In this document: positions 1 through 11,590 of the stretch, piece by piece
How positions within the stretch are numbered: position 1 is the first letter of the stretch
Layout of the letters: each line of letters begins with the position of its first letter
Origin: Bacillus subtilis subsp. subtilis str. 168
GTDB lineage: Bacteria > Bacillota > Bacilli > Bacillales > Bacillaceae
Reading direction: 5' to 3'
Assembly: GCF_000009045.1 (NCBI RefSeq)
Contig: NC_000964.3
Location: 4,151,607-4,215,606 of the forward strand
DNA length: 64,000 nucleotides
Notes under the pieces: generated by a model
What the model was told of the DNA's origin: nothing
What the model saw: only the letters and a program-made list of their open reading frames with translations
Database searches by the model: none
Made by a program: the position numbers and the translations under genes

Positions 1-257
1 CAAATTTCTTCATAGAGGGCATTGTCATCCACTTTGTAATGAGCGCCGTCATCATGGATAAACATGTCCCTTGGCCTTACCGTTTCAGACAGCTTTTGGG
101 TGGTTTTTTCGATTTTATGTTTCACACGAACAGTAGACTCTGTTGAGGATGAGCCTTCAGAAAAGTTTGGCTGGAACGTCCATATCCCCCATGTAAAAAC
201 AAGACTGATGACGACGAGTACCGTAAGTAATATCGTTTTTATATTTTCACGCTTCAT
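1..257 (-). CDS. walH: WalH (YycH) regulator of WalK, 5' part only (runs off window)
   Basis: ATG at 257 overlaps the walK stop; reads MKRENIKTILLTVLVVISLVFTWGIWTFQP (N-terminal TM helix); position in the walRKHI operon. Confidence 0.9.
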   Translation of the reverse strand, partial: MKRENIKTILLTVLVVISLVFTWGIWTFQPNFSEGSSSTESTVRVKHKIEKTTQKLSETVRPRDMFIHDDGAHYKVDDNALYEEI

Positions 258-2082
258 CCCAATCATCCTCTTGTTCCTCTTTATATGGAAGAGTAAATGT
301 AATCGTCGTGCCTTTTCCTTCTATGCTGTCCGCCCAAATATCTCCACCGTGCGCCTGTACCATTTCCTTGGCAATCGCCAATCCCAGACCGGTGCCGCCA
401 AGCTTTCTCGTTCTCGCTTTATCCACCCTGTAGAAGCGGTCAAAGACTTTTTCGACATCTTTTTTCGGAATGCCGATCCCTTCATCCTTCACGCTGATAT
501 AGAGAAGTTCTTCCTCTTCATTGACATCAATCGAGAACGTGACATGTCCGCCTTCCGGTGAATATTTTAAAGCGTTAGAAATAATATTATCGAGCACCTG
601 CGTTATTTTATCCTGGTCAATCTCGACATACAGATCTCTGTCCGGCAGATTGCGGATAAACTCCACATGCTGCTCTTTTGTCATTTCAAAACGGTCAATA
701 ATAAGTGACATAAACCGGACAATCTGAATCCATTCCCGGTTAAATTGATAATCTTTACTGTCAAATTTCGACAGCTGAAGCAGATCATTGACAAGCCGGA
801 TCATACGCTCTGTTTCATTTTGCGTCACCATTAAGAAGCGCGGAGCAATGTCTTTATTTTCCCACGCGCCTTCAGCTAACGCTTCTAAATAGCTGCGCAT
901 TGTCGTAAGCGGCGTCCGCAGCTCATGTGATACATTCGCAACGAATTCTCTGCGTTCCTGATCCATTTTCTCTTGTTCGGTTACATCGTAAATGACAGCG
1001 ATTAAACCATCAATTTTGCCGTGTTCCCTTTGAATCACAGAGAAATTCACGCGAAGCACCGTTAATTCATCATCGCGCTCAATTTCAAGCAGCATAGAAT
1101 CCTGCTGTTCCACTAAATCTTCAAAAGTATAATTCTCTTGAAGCCCCAGCAAACTCGTAATCGGCATTTCTAAGGCTGTTTCACGTGAAACGTTCAACAG
1201 TTCCAGCGCCGGGCTGTTTAAGAGAATAATCGCTCCGTTTCGGTTTGTGGCGATAACGCCGTCTGTCATATAAGCAATGACAGAGGCTAGCTTTCTGCGT
1301 TCTCCTTCAGTCATCGCCTGGGCATCTTCAAGCTCTCTCGTTAAGTGGTTAAACGTTGTGGCCAGCTGCCCAATTTCATCATGTCCATACTTTTTAACCT
1401 TCCTCGAGAAATTCCCTTTCGCAAGCTCCATCGCCTGCTTTCGCATATCTGAAAGCGGGTGGGTAATGGTTCTTGCCAGAAAAATACCGAGAAGAGCCGT
1501 CAAAACAAGTGCCAAACCTGTGCCGGACGCCAGTATCGTGTTGATCGTCTTCATTTGATTAAAGACATCTTCCATACTCGCGACAACGTAGATCGCGCCC
1601 ACAACCTCTTGGTTTTCAGTCATGACGGGCTTCGCGGAAATAAGAACTCTGATTTTGCTTTTCGGGTCATAATATTTTCTTAAATACGACTGTTTGGTAG
1701 AAAAGATTCTTTTGAAAATCAGATCGGTCGTTTGTTTCCCAGCCACTTCCTCACCGTACGGCTTTGAAGAACCGACCACTTCATAGCTTTTATCTACAAA
1801 GCTAATTTCCCGAACCTCATCACTTTTCGTGAAGTCATTCAAAATACGGCTGACGTCATCCTTTATGACGGTACTGTCGTTATCGCTCTTATATTCTTGT
1901 TCGATATAATAAGAAAGGTTGTCGATTCGCTGATTCAGCGATTGTTCATAAGAGCTGATCAGCGACTTCTCTACCTGATTGACAAAATACACACCAATGA
2001 TTTGCATGGCAATGATAATCAAAAGCACATAAATCAAGGTAATCTTAAATTGGATCGACCGAAAAAAACCAACCTTATTCAT
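247..2082 (-). CDS. walK: Essential cell-wall sensor histidine kinase WalK
   Basis: 611 aa; 2 TM, HAMP, PAS, H-box FVANVSHELRTPL, G-box GGTGLGL. Confidence 0.98.
   Translation of the reverse strand: MNKVGFFRSIQFKITLIYVLLIIIAMQIIGVYFVNQVEKSLISSYEQSLNQRIDNLSYYIEQEYKSDNDSTVIKDDVSRILNDFTKSDEVREISFVDKSYEVVGSSKPYGEEVAGKQTTDLIFKRIFSTKQSYLRKYYDPKSKIRVLISAKPVMTENQEVVGAIYVVASMEDVFNQMKTINTILASGTGLALVLTALLGIFLARTITHPLSDMRKQAMELAKGNFSRKVKKYGHDEIGQLATTFNHLTRELEDAQAMTEGERRKLASVIAYMTDGVIATNRNGAIILLNSPALELLNVSRETALEMPITSLLGLQENYTFEDLVEQQDSMLLEIERDDELTVLRVNFSVIQREHGKIDGLIAVIYDVTEQEKMDQERREFVANVSHELRTPLTTMRSYLEALAEGAWENKDIAPRFLMVTQNETERMIRLVNDLLQLSKFDSKDYQFNREWIQIVRFMSLIIDRFEMTKEQHVEFIRNLPDRDLYVEIDQDKITQVLDNIISNALKYSPEGGHVTFSIDVNEEEELLYISVKDEGIGIPKKDVEKVFDRFYRVDKARTRKLGGTGLGLAIAKEMVQAHGGDIWADSIEGKGTTITFTLPYKEEQEDDWDEA
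1177..1192. promoter_or_regulatory. parS site (Spo0J/ParB binding) inside walK
   Basis: tgtttcacgtgaaacg, one mismatch to the TGTTNCACGTGAAACA consensus. Confidence 0.85.
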
Positions 2083-2089
2083 ATGGGCA

Positions 2090-2797
2090 TTAGTCCTGTT
2101 CTGGGTTTCTCAAGTAATAACCTACACCACGGCGTGTGACGATCCAATTTGGATGGCTCGGGTTGTCCTCGATTTTTTCACGAAGCCGGCGGACTGTTAC
2201 GTCAACCGTTCTGACATCGCCGAAGTAATCATAGCCCCAAACGGTTTGAAGCAAATGTTCACGGGTCATCACTTGTCCGATATGTTTTGCTAAATAATGA
2301 AGCAATTCGAACTCACGATGAGTCAATTCGATTGTTTCGTCTCGTTTTGATACAACGTACGCGTCAGGGAAGATGACGAGAGAGCCGATATGAATCTCGT
2401 TAGAGGAAGGCTCTTCCTCCGCAGGCGCTGTTGTCAGCTGGCGGCGCAGGTTCGCTTTTACACGCGCCAAGAGCTCGCGTGTGCTGAATGGTTTTGTGAC
2501 ATAGTCATCAGCACCGATTTCAAGCCCGATAACCTTGTCAATTTCTGAATCCTTAGCCGTCAGCATAATGATTGGCATATCGTATTTCTTTCTGACTTCG
2601 CGGCATACTTCAACGCCGTCTTTATTTGGGAGCATAATATCTAAAAGAATTAAATCAGGCTGAAGCTCTTCTACCATTTCAACGGCTTCGTTTCCGTCGT
2701 GGGCACAGTGCACTTCATAGCCTTCTTTTCTTAAGTTAAATTCCAATATATCTGCAATCGGTTTTTCATCATCTACTACAAGGATCTTTTTATCCAT
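2090..2797 (-). CDS. walR: OmpR-family response regulator WalR
   Basis: [18 protein letters not shown]...; 235 aa from ATG 2797; receiver plus winged-helix domain. Confidence 0.98.
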   Translation of the reverse strand: MDKKILVVDDEKPIADILEFNLRKEGYEVHCAHDGNEAVEMVEELQPDLILLDIMLPNKDGVEVCREVRKKYDMPIIMLTAKDSEIDKVIGLEIGADDYVTKPFSTRELLARVKANLRRQLTTAPAEEEPSSNEIHIGSLVIFPDAYVVSKRDETIELTHREFELLHYLAKHIGQVMTREHLLQTVWGYDYFGDVRTVDVTVRRLREKIEDNPSHPNWIVTRRGVGYYLRNPEQD

Positions 2798-3180
2798 CAT
2801 TTTGATTTTCCTCCTGCCGAATGACTTCATTTCATCTATATAACATTCGTTTCATCACTTATGGCCCATGTAAAGAATGGGTCCTTGTCTATTATAACGG
2901 TTTAAGGTCAAAAGATAAAAAAAATAAAGGTTTAGAAAAAAAACACATGTTTCACCTTTATCGCCAGTTGTTTATCTATTGTCATGCTGGTCAACTTTTT
3001 TTAAAAAAGATAACTTTATTGAAACCTCCCCTCACCGGAGTGCGTCTTTATCAATGACGTCTTCTTCTTTGAACCGGCCGCAGGGCCGGTTCTCCCTTTT
3101 TCTTCTATTATAACACTCCTCATGTTTGCCTTTTTCCTAAAAGAAAAAACGCACCTACGATTGCAGATGCGTTTGGTAAG

Positions 3181-3253
<73 letters not shown>

Positions 3254-3288
3254 AAATGTTTTATTTTTCTCTACTAAGTAAAGTAAAA

Positions 3289-3365
3289 TGGCGGTCCGGA
3301 CGGGACTCGAACCCGCGACCTCCTGCGTGACAGGCAGGCATTCTAACCAACTGAACTACCGGACC
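3289..3365 (-). tRNA. trnY-Asp: tRNA-Asp(GTC), CCA encoded
   Basis: GGTCCGGTAGTTCAG...CTGTCAC...GGTTCGAGTCC...GGACCGCCA. Confidence 0.97.
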
Positions 3366-3446
3366 TTACAGTAATTGCCCGGAGAGCTGTCGTGTCAGCT
3401 CTCACAGACAAATAAGGAATTTAGCAATAACGCTAAAGTAAATCAA

Positions 3447-3518
3447 TGACCCGTACGGGATTCGAACCCGTGTTACCGCCGTGAAAGGGCGGTGTCTTAA
3501 CCGCTTGACCAACGGGCC
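3447..3518 (-). tRNA. trnY-Glu: tRNA-Glu(TTC), CCA not encoded
   Basis: GGCCCGTTGGTCAAGCGG...CTTTCAC...GGTTCGAATCC...GGGTCA. Confidence 0.97.
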
Positions 3519-3527
3519 TTCACGAAA

Positions 3528-3603
3528 TGGTGAGCCATGAAGGACTCGAACCTTCGACCCTCTGATTAAAAGTCAGATGCTCTACCAACTGAGCTAATGG
3601 CTC
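3528..3603 (-). tRNA. trnY-Lys: tRNA-Lys(TTT), CCA encoded
   Basis: GAGCCATTAGCTCAG...CTTTTAA...GGTTCGAGTCC...GGCTCACCA. Confidence 0.97.
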
Positions 3604-3780
3604 TTAAAGATGTCGGAATTTCTATAGAGCAAACGACTTAAATCTAGTTCTCATCTTGTACTCTATTGAAGCAGTTTCCGTAACAACGAGATTTATAATA
3701 TCACGAACAAATAGAAGTGGCAATAACTTTTTTGGTTTTTTTTCATATTTTTTTCTCAGACCAACTTATATGCGGCTTTC

Positions 3781-3811
3781 AAACAAAAACAAGCCCCTTA
3801 AATAGGGGCTT
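3781..3811 (-). terminator. Intrinsic terminator after purA
   Basis: aagcccct-taaat-aggggctt hairpin followed by a U-rich run on the minus strand. Confidence 0.8.
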
Positions 3812-3826
3812 GCAGACATATTCTAT

Positions 3827-5134
<1,308 letters not shown>

Positions 5135-5200
5135 TTAACCTTTCAAAACGATTCTATTCAAACAAATCAAGTTTATCAGTGAAGAAACAGAAAGTCAATT

Positions 5201-5245
5201 GTAAATCCGAACATTAATTTATTGTAAATCTATATTCGTTCGCTT
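5201..5245 (-). promoter_or_regulatory. Inverted PurBox pair (PurR operator) upstream of purA
   Basis: aaatccgaacatt (5203-5215) and an inverted CGAA core (ttcg at 5235-5238); matches the known PurR CGAA-box architecture. Confidence 0.65.
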
Positions 5246-5324
5246 CCATTCGTTTTATAAGCGTTTTCTCACTGCTTTGTCATAAAAAGCTTGCGAAACT
5301 TTCATCCTTTAGCATAAGAAAGAA

Positions 5325-5744
5325 TCACTTGCCTGATATCCCTTTTGAATTCATAAAAACGATCCGCCAGCCGTCCGGGTCCTCTATCGTCACGCCCCCA
5401 TTGCTCCAGTACGGGTTCTCTGATTCGACCTCTTGATAGCCCATGTGCTTTAGCTTTGAAGTGATCGCTGCCAGTTCAACTGCATTCGGCACATAAAAAA
5501 CAAGAAGGCTGTCGGGATGGGGAACGGGGGCAGTGCTTCCCCCTTCATACTGGGTGAATTCCAAATGATAATCGGCATGAGGAAGGCCGAACATGACACC
5601 GTCATACCCGTTATGCTGTGAAAATTCTCCTATTCGTTTCAAACACAGTCCCTCTTCGTAAAAACGAATAATCTCATCAAGCTGGCCCGTAGGACGCGCA
5701 ATTCGGATTTGTGCTGCTTGAAAAGACGAAAAACGTTTTCCCAT
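5325..5744 (-). CDS. yycE: VOC/glyoxalase-family protein
   Basis: MGKRFSS start with GGAG RBS; DPDGWRIVF C-terminal VOC motif. Confidence 0.85.
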   Translation of the reverse strand: MGKRFSSFQAAQIRIARPTGQLDEIIRFYEEGLCLKRIGEFSQHNGYDGVMFGLPHADYHLEFTQYEGGSTAPVPHPDSLLVFYVPNAVELAAITSKLKHMGYQEVESENPYWSNGGVTIEDPDGWRIVFMNSKGISGK

Positions 5745-5834
5745 ATTGTTACCATCTCCTTTTTGCACCATTTTATTAAAACGCTTTCAATTTTTCATCC
5801 GCTGAGCGAACGTCATTTCTTCCATCTTTCGAAT

Positions 5835-5865
5835 GAAAAAAACCCCAAGAGCAGCTCTTGGGGCT
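5835..5865 (-). terminator. Terminator after dnaC
   Basis: ccccaagag-cag-ctcttgggg stem with A-run on plus (U-run on minus). Confidence 0.8.
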
Positions 5866-7229
5866 TATGCGCCGGGCGGAACGCCTGCGTCATCAAAACG
5901 CCGTTCCAGGTTGACGAATTTGTTGTATTCTTTTACGAACGCAAGAGACACGGTTCCTACCGGGCCGTTACGCTGTTTGGCGATAATAATTTCGATAATA
6001 TTTTTATTCTCGGTTTCTTTGTCATAGTAGTCATCACGATAAAGGAACGCGACAATATCCGCGTCCTGCTCGATACTTCCTGATTCCCGGATATCAGACA
6101 TCATCGGACGTTTATCCTGACGCTGCTCAACACCCCTGGAAAGCTGAGAAAGCGCGATAACAGGGACTTGCAGCTCCCTCGCAATCGACTTCAGTTCACG
6201 GGAAATTTCAGATACTTCCTGCTGACGGTTGTCCTTTGAACGACCGCTTCCCTGAATCAATTGCAGGTAATCGATCAAAATCATGCCCAGCCCGCTTTCC
6301 TGCTTCAAGCGGCGGCACTTGGCACGGATTTCACTCACTCGAATACCCGGTGTATCATCGATGTAAATCCCGCTGTTCGATAGGCTTCCCATTGCCATCG
6401 TCAGCTTGCCCCAATCCTCTTCGGTCAGGTTACCTGTACGGAGATTCTGGGCATTGATATTTCCCTCGGCACAGAGCATACGCATAACGAGCTGCTCGGC
6501 ACCCATCTCAAGACTGAAAATCGCTACGCTCTCATCGGTCTTCGTCGCCACGTTTTGTGCGATGTTCAGGGCAAAGGCTGTTTTCCCTACTGAAGGACGG
6601 GCAGCCACAATGATCAAGTCGTTGCGCTGGAAACCCGCAGTCATCCGGTCAAGCTCCGTAAACCCTGTTGGAATTCCCGTGATATCACCTTTTCGATTGT
6701 GAAGCTGTTCGATATTATCATAGGTCTGGACAAGGACGTCCTTAATATTTTGGAAGGCACTCGTGTTTTTGCGCTGTGCCACTTCCATAATCGTTTTTTC
6801 CGCTTCACTGAGTAAATCCTCGACCTCATCCTCACGGGTATACCCGTCTTGAGCAATCGTTGTCGCAGTTCTGATTAATCGGCGAAGAATCGATTTTTCC
6901 TCAACGATTTTCGCGTAATATTCTATGTTAGCCGCTGTCGGCACCGAGTTTGCGATATCTGTCAAATATGAAATACCGCCTACTTCTTCCAGCAGGTCTG
7001 TGTTCGCAAGCTCTGATGTAACTGTCACCAGATCAACCGGTTCACCTCGGTCACCGAGCACCAGCATCGCATTATAGATTTTTTGGTGGGACATTCTATA
7101 GAAATCATCTGGAATCAATACTTCTGAAGCCAGTGTTAAAGCAGACGGCTGTAAAAAAATAGCGCCTAACACGGCTTGTTCGGCTTCTATATTTTGCGGA
7201 GGAAGCCGGTCATTCAGAAGGTCTGTCAT
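5865..7229 (-). CDS. dnaC: Replicative DNA helicase (DnaB family)
   Basis: Walker A ARPSVGKT, LILIDYLQL, DIRESGSIEQDAD; 454 aa from ATG 7229. Confidence 0.99.
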   Translation of the reverse strand: MTDLLNDRLPPQNIEAEQAVLGAIFLQPSALTLASEVLIPDDFYRMSHQKIYNAMLVLGDRGEPVDLVTVTSELANTDLLEEVGGISYLTDIANSVPTAANIEYYAKIVEEKSILRRLIRTATTIAQDGYTREDEVEDLLSEAEKTIMEVAQRKNTSAFQNIKDVLVQTYDNIEQLHNRKGDITGIPTGFTELDRMTAGFQRNDLIIVAARPSVGKTAFALNIAQNVATKTDESVAIFSLEMGAEQLVMRMLCAEGNINAQNLRTGNLTEEDWGKLTMAMGSLSNSGIYIDDTPGIRVSEIRAKCRRLKQESGLGMILIDYLQLIQGSGRSKDNRQQEVSEISRELKSIARELQVPVIALSQLSRGVEQRQDKRPMMSDIRESGSIEQDADIVAFLYRDDYYDKETENKNIIEIIIAKQRNGPVGTVSLAFVKEYNKFVNLERRFDDAGVPPGA

Positions 7230-7398
7230 GCTAAGCACCGTCCTCTCATTAAAAAATCTCCAACCTCCATTCTACCATTTCTACAGAAAAAAAATAGAAA
7301 AATTGTCTGTTTCCTGTTTTTTTCAGTTAGCAGATTGGATCGTTTCGGACAGTAACAAGGCGGGAAAAATGCAATAAAACATAAGGGAGGAATGAAAG

Positions 7399-7599
7399 AT
7401 GATAAAGAAATATGCGATTACACCTAATGTTGATGCGGACGGCTGGTTTATTGAGGTGGAGAATGTAGCGCCGACAGCTTTGTATACGTCTAAAGACGCC
7501 GCTATTGAAAAGGCCAAACAGGTGGCTAAGGAAAACAGTCCGTCTAAGCTTGTAATTTATGACCAGTTTAAAAATGTGGAAGAAGAACACTCATTTTAA
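7399..7599 (+). CDS. yycD: Small conserved protein (DUF2188-like)
   Basis: 66 aa; strong RBS gggaggaatg; ends in a terminator hairpin. Confidence 0.8.
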   Translation: MIKKYAITPNVDADGWFIEVENVAPTALYTSKDAAIEKAKQVAKENSPSKLVIYDQFKNVEEEHSF

Positions 7600-7646
7600 T
7601 GAATGAAAGCCTTCGCTGCAGCGAGGGTTTTTTAGCGGTTATCGGT

Positions 7647-7850
7647 TTATTTCATCCATTGGATGCCTATGTGCATCATCAAATCTGCCGCTTTTTGATA
7701 CAGATCCCACTCCCCGATCGAAGCAAATTTCCCCATCAGCTCCTGAAGCTTTAACCTCATTGCTATATATTCTTCGAAAGTGACAGCTTTTTCAGTGTCT
7801 ATTTGGTGTTCCTTCAGCATTTGTTTTAATAAGGATAACGGTGCGTGCAT
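7647..7850 (-). CDS. yyzB: Small hypothetical protein, 67 aa
   Basis: MHAPLSLLKQ start preceded by aagaggtaaggagg RBS. Confidence 0.7.
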   Translation of the reverse strand: MHAPLSLLKQMLKEHQIDTEKAVTFEEYIAMRLKLQELMGKFASIGEWDLYQKAADLMMHIGIQWMK

Positions 7851-7970
7851 AAGAACCCTCCTTACCTCTTTTATAACGGTCATTTTCCGATTGCTCTATT
7901 CCTTTGTGACATCTTCTTACATTTCACATCTGATTCTTGTACAATGGACAGAAGAGAGGAGGGATCTTTT

Positions 7971-8111
7971 GTGAGACCTTTGCAAATTTCTGCCGAAACT
8001 GCACAAAAGCTTGCAGAGTCCTTGAATCTGCCGCTTGAACAGATCATGCATATGCCTCAGCATATTCTGCTTGCCAAAATGGCTGAACTGCAAAAAGAGG
8101 ACAAATCATAG
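7971..8111 (+). CDS. yycC: YycC small protein, 46 aa
   Basis: GTG at 7971 after gaggaggg RBS; MRPLQISAETAQKLAESLNLPLEQIMHMPQH. Confidence 0.8.
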   Translation: MRPLQISAETAQKLAESLNLPLEQIMHMPQHILLAKMAELQKEDKS

Positions 8112-8183
8112 CCTTCATTCACATACTTGCTTACCTGTTTCGGGATAATATCATGTATATGTTAGAAAAGAGGAGTAACTGCT

Positions 8184-9392
8184 TTGCCACATCCACATAA
8201 TAAAAAAATCCAATCATTTTGGCTGATCACCGGCATTATCTTTATCGCCTTTAACTTACGGCCCGCGATCACTTCAGTCGGTCCGGTCATCAGCTCTATC
8301 CGGGCAGAGCTGCACATGTCCAATGGGGCAGCCGGTTTTTTGACCGCACTGCCGCTGCTTTCGTTTGCAGTTCTTTCTCCGCTTGCACCTAAGCTTGGAC
8401 AGCGCCTCGGTAATGAGCGAACTTTATGGCTAGGTCTCGTGATACTGCTGATCGGTGTTCTGACTCGTTCTACCGGCTATACTGCCGCTTTGTTTTTCGG
8501 AACAGCACTTATCGGCGTCGGGATTGCGATTGGTAACGTACTTTTGCCAAGCTTAATCAAACATAAATACCCTGAAAAGCCAGGGATCATGATCAGCCTG
8601 TATACGACATCAATGAATATATTCGCAGCTTTAGCATCGGGTGTCAGCGTTCCTTTAGCGACCCAGATGAATGGCGGATGGAAACAAGCCTTTCTCTTAT
8701 GGGGCGGGCTGGCTTTACTTGCATTGCTAATCTGGATACCTCAGCTGCGCCATCGAGATACGGCAAACCAGACAATGAAGCTGCAATCCAGTTCCATTTG
8801 GGCTTCCAAAATGGCATGGTATGTCACCATCTTTATGGGCCTGCAATCGTTTTTATTTTACAGCAGCATCGCTTGGTTTCCTGAAATTCTCCGTTCACAC
8901 GGGATTGATACGGCAACAGCCGGATGGATGGTATCACTCATGCAATTTGCGAGTCTGCCTTCCACTTTTCTGACGCCAGTTTTAGCTGACCGTGTGAAAC
9001 AGCAGCGCGGTATCGTTGCGGCGCTGGCCTCAGTTTATCTGATCGGCCTTTGCGGATTATTAGCGGGCGGAAGCCATACATTGCTTGCCATCTGGATGAT
9101 CATTATCGGTATCGGACAAGGCTCCAGCATTAGTCTGGCCCTTACTTTGATTGGTCTCCGCAGTGAAAATGCCCAACAGGCCGCTGCGCTGTCAGGCATG
9201 TCTCAGTCATTCGGCTACCTGCTGGCAGCAGTCGGGCCAATCTTTGTCGGCTATCTCTTTGACCAGACGCATTCTTGGACGATGCCGATTGTGCTTCTCA
9301 TTGCTGCCCTGATCGTAATGGGAGCAGCCGGACAGGGAGCCGGACGAGATCGATACATTTTCCAGTCAGAAAAACAAAGAAATTCAGCATAA
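8184..9392 (+). CDS. yycB: MFS transporter, CynX/NimT-like
   Basis: 402 aa, ~12 hydrophobic segments, FNLRPAITSVGP motif. Confidence 0.85.
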   Translation: MPHPHNKKIQSFWLITGIIFIAFNLRPAITSVGPVISSIRAELHMSNGAAGFLTALPLLSFAVLSPLAPKLGQRLGNERTLWLGLVILLIGVLTRSTGYTAALFFGTALIGVGIAIGNVLLPSLIKHKYPEKPGIMISLYTTSMNIFAALASGVSVPLATQMNGGWKQAFLLWGGLALLALLIWIPQLRHRDTANQTMKLQSSSIWASKMAWYVTIFMGLQSFLFYSSIAWFPEILRSHGIDTATAGWMVSLMQFASLPSTFLTPVLADRVKQQRGIVAALASVYLIGLCGLLAGGSHTLLAIWMIIIGIGQGSSISLALTLIGLRSENAQQAAALSGMSQSFGYLLAAVGPIFVGYLFDQTHSWTMPIVLLIAALIVMGAAGQGAGRDRYIFQSEKQRNSA

Positions 9393-9496
9393 AGCGGGGA
9401 AGATATCTCCGCTTTTTTCTTTGAATATTTATGGTTTATTCATAAGTTTTTCATATTTGTTTTTTACAATGAGACACCATAAAGAGGTGAAAAACG

Positions 9497-11554
9497 ATGA
9501 AAACCAAACGATTCGACGCAGCCCTTATTCTTATTTTGCTAGCAGCAGCTTTTTTGAATACGTATCACATTTGGCAGGATGATACAGCAAACCAGTACTA
9601 TTTGGCGGCTGTAAAAAGCATGACGCAAAGCTTCCATAACTTTTTTTATGCGTCATTTGACCCTTCTGGATTTGTGACAGTAGATAAGCCTCCTGTCGTG
9701 TTATGGATTCAAACGATTTTCGCACTGATTTTCGGTGTTCACACGTGGAGTGTCATCATTCCCCAGGCTCTTGCCGGAGTTGGATCTGTCTTCCTTCTCT
9801 ACAGAATGGTTAAGCCGACTTTTGGAGTTGGAGCGGCCCGCATTGCCGCACTTGTCATGGCACTGACCCCTATCGCAGTAGCTGTCAGCCGGACAAACAA
9901 TATCGACAGCATGCTTGTTTTTACCTTATTGCTCGGTTCAACTTGTCTGCTTAGGGCAGTAAAACAAGGCAAGCTGGTTTGGCTGCTGACGGCATTTGCC
10001 CTGATTGGGCTCGCCTTTAATATGAAGATGATGCAAGCGTTTATGGTATTGCCTGCATTTGTGTTATTCTACCTGATTGCATCTCGGGTTTCTCTGAAGA
10101 AAAAAATCGGGTCCCTGCTTCTGTCTCTTGTCCTTCTGACAGGCCTTTCACTCTCATGGGCGATTGCAGTGGATTCAGCCTCTTCCTCAAGCCGGCCTTA
10201 TGTAGGAAGCAGCCAGACTAACTCAGTGCTAGAACTGGCCTTTGGCTACAACGGCACAGAGCGTCTGTTTGGGCAAACTACGGGCCTTGCAAAGGGTGAT
10301 ATGAATGCTGCTGGCGGAGGGAACATGCAGAATCAAGACAACATGCAAGCGCCAAATGGCAACGGTTCATCTTTTTCTCAGAACGGTAATCAATCATTCG
10401 GAAACCATTCACAGGCGCCTCAGCCGCCTAACGGACAAACCGGCGCTCTCAATGGAGGCGGAGGCACACCTCCCACAGGTGGCAACGGACCTGGAAATGG
10501 AGGGCCTGGCGGCGGAGGCGGAAAAAGCGTGAATATGTTCGGCACCGGTGATCCTGGACCGCTTCGTCTCTTCCAATCAGCACTTTCCGGCCAAATCAGC
10601 TGGATGCTTCCATTCTCATTGATCGGATTACTGGGCGCAATCATCAGCTGGTACCGTGATCGCCGCGGACATGCTGCTAAAATGAAAGAAACGCTATTCT
10701 GGGCGGCTTGGCTTGTTCCCGTGGCTGGTTTCTTCAGCATCGCAGGATTCTTCCACCAGTATTATTTGATTATGCTGGCACCGCCGATTGCCGCCCTTTC
10801 TGGTATCGGATGGTATACGATGCACCGCTTATACAAAAATAATAAAGACTGGTCCAGCTATCTTCTGCCGGCAGCCGTCTTGATCACAGCCGTGTTTCAG
10901 GTGTATATTCTGAGCGCTTATACAAGCCAAATCGGCAGTGTATGGATGTATGTCCTGGGGCTCTTAGGACTGGGCATCACCCTTGCACTTCTGATGCTTA
11001 AACGCAGCCATCCGTTCAGTAAGCTGCTGACCATCATCAGCTTGTGCGTTCTGCTTCTCACACCAGTTTACTGGTCAGCAACGCCGCTTCTATACGGTGG
11101 CAACAGCGTCCTTCCTGAATCCGGCCCGCAGCTCAAAGGCTCAGCAAACGGCGGGAACATGTTCTCTTCAGAGGTCGACAGCGGGCTCCTGTCCTATCTG
11201 AGAAAACACAATACCGGCGAAGAGTATTTATTTGCTACTTTGACAACCGTAACAGCTGCGCCATACATCATTTACGAAAATGAATCTGTTATGGCAATGG
11301 GCGGGTTTAACGGCACGGATCCCATTCTGACTGTGTCGGAACTGAAAAAACTGATCAAAGAAGGCAAAGTGAAATACTTCCTTCTGTCAGAAAACAACTC
11401 AGGCAACAGCGAACTTGTTTCCTGGATTAAGAAAAACGGAAAAGAAATAACATCTGACGAGTACAGCGGTTCCTCCAGCAGCACAAACAGCGTGCAGGGA
11501 ATGCGAAGAGGACCTGGCGGAGAAAGCCAGCAAACTCTTTATCTCGTGGAATAA
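9497..11554 (+). CDS. yycA: Integral membrane glycosyltransferase (GT39/PMT-like)
   Basis: 685 aa; YY.AAVKSM...FFY.SFDP.GFVTVDKPP motif, many TMs, Gly/Asn-rich loop. Confidence 0.8.
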   Translation: MKTKRFDAALILILLAAAFLNTYHIWQDDTANQYYLAAVKSMTQSFHNFFYASFDPSGFVTVDKPPVVLWIQTIFALIFGVHTWSVIIPQALAGVGSVFLLYRMVKPTFGVGAARIAALVMALTPIAVAVSRTNNIDSMLVFTLLLGSTCLLRAVKQGKLVWLLTAFALIGLAFNMKMMQAFMVLPAFVLFYLIASRVSLKKKIGSLLLSLVLLTGLSLSWAIAVDSASSSSRPYVGSSQTNSVLELAFGYNGTERLFGQTTGLAKGDMNAAGGGNMQNQDNMQAPNGNGSSFSQNGNQSFGNHSQAPQPPNGQTGALNGGGGTPPTGGNGPGNGGPGGGGGKSVNMFGTGDPGPLRLFQSALSGQISWMLPFSLIGLLGAIISWYRDRRGHAAKMKETLFWAAWLVPVAGFFSIAGFFHQYYLIMLAPPIAALSGIGWYTMHRLYKNNKDWSSYLLPAAVLITAVFQVYILSAYTSQIGSVWMYVLGLLGLGITLALLMLKRSHPFSKLLTIISLCVLLLTPVYWSATPLLYGGNSVLPESGPQLKGSANGGNMFSSEVDSGLLSYLRKHNTGEEYLFATLTTVTAAPYIIYENESVMAMGGFNGTDPILTVSELKKLIKEGKVKYFLLSENNSGNSELVSWIKKNGKEITSDEYSGSSSSTNSVQGMRRGPGGESQQTLYLVE

Positions 11555-11588
11555 AAAAAGAGGCTTGGATGAATCCAAGCCTCTTTTC
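11553..11588. terminator. Bidirectional terminator yycA/rplI
   Basis: aaaagaggcttggat-ga-atccaagcctctttt perfect stem. Confidence 0.85.
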
Positions 11589-11590
11589 TA

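Noticed and set aside
64-561. 165-aa plus-strand ORF and the many other antisense or overlapping ORFs in the track (e.g. 16927-17538, 48547-49062, 58123-58593)
   Set aside because: They lie antisense to well-recognised genes, lack an RBS and show no recognisable motifs; these are shadow ORFs.
10310-10530. GGN-rich quasi-repeats in yycA (and in the ssbA linker)
   Set aside because: Explained by Gly/Asn-rich protein linkers; not DNA-level repeats.
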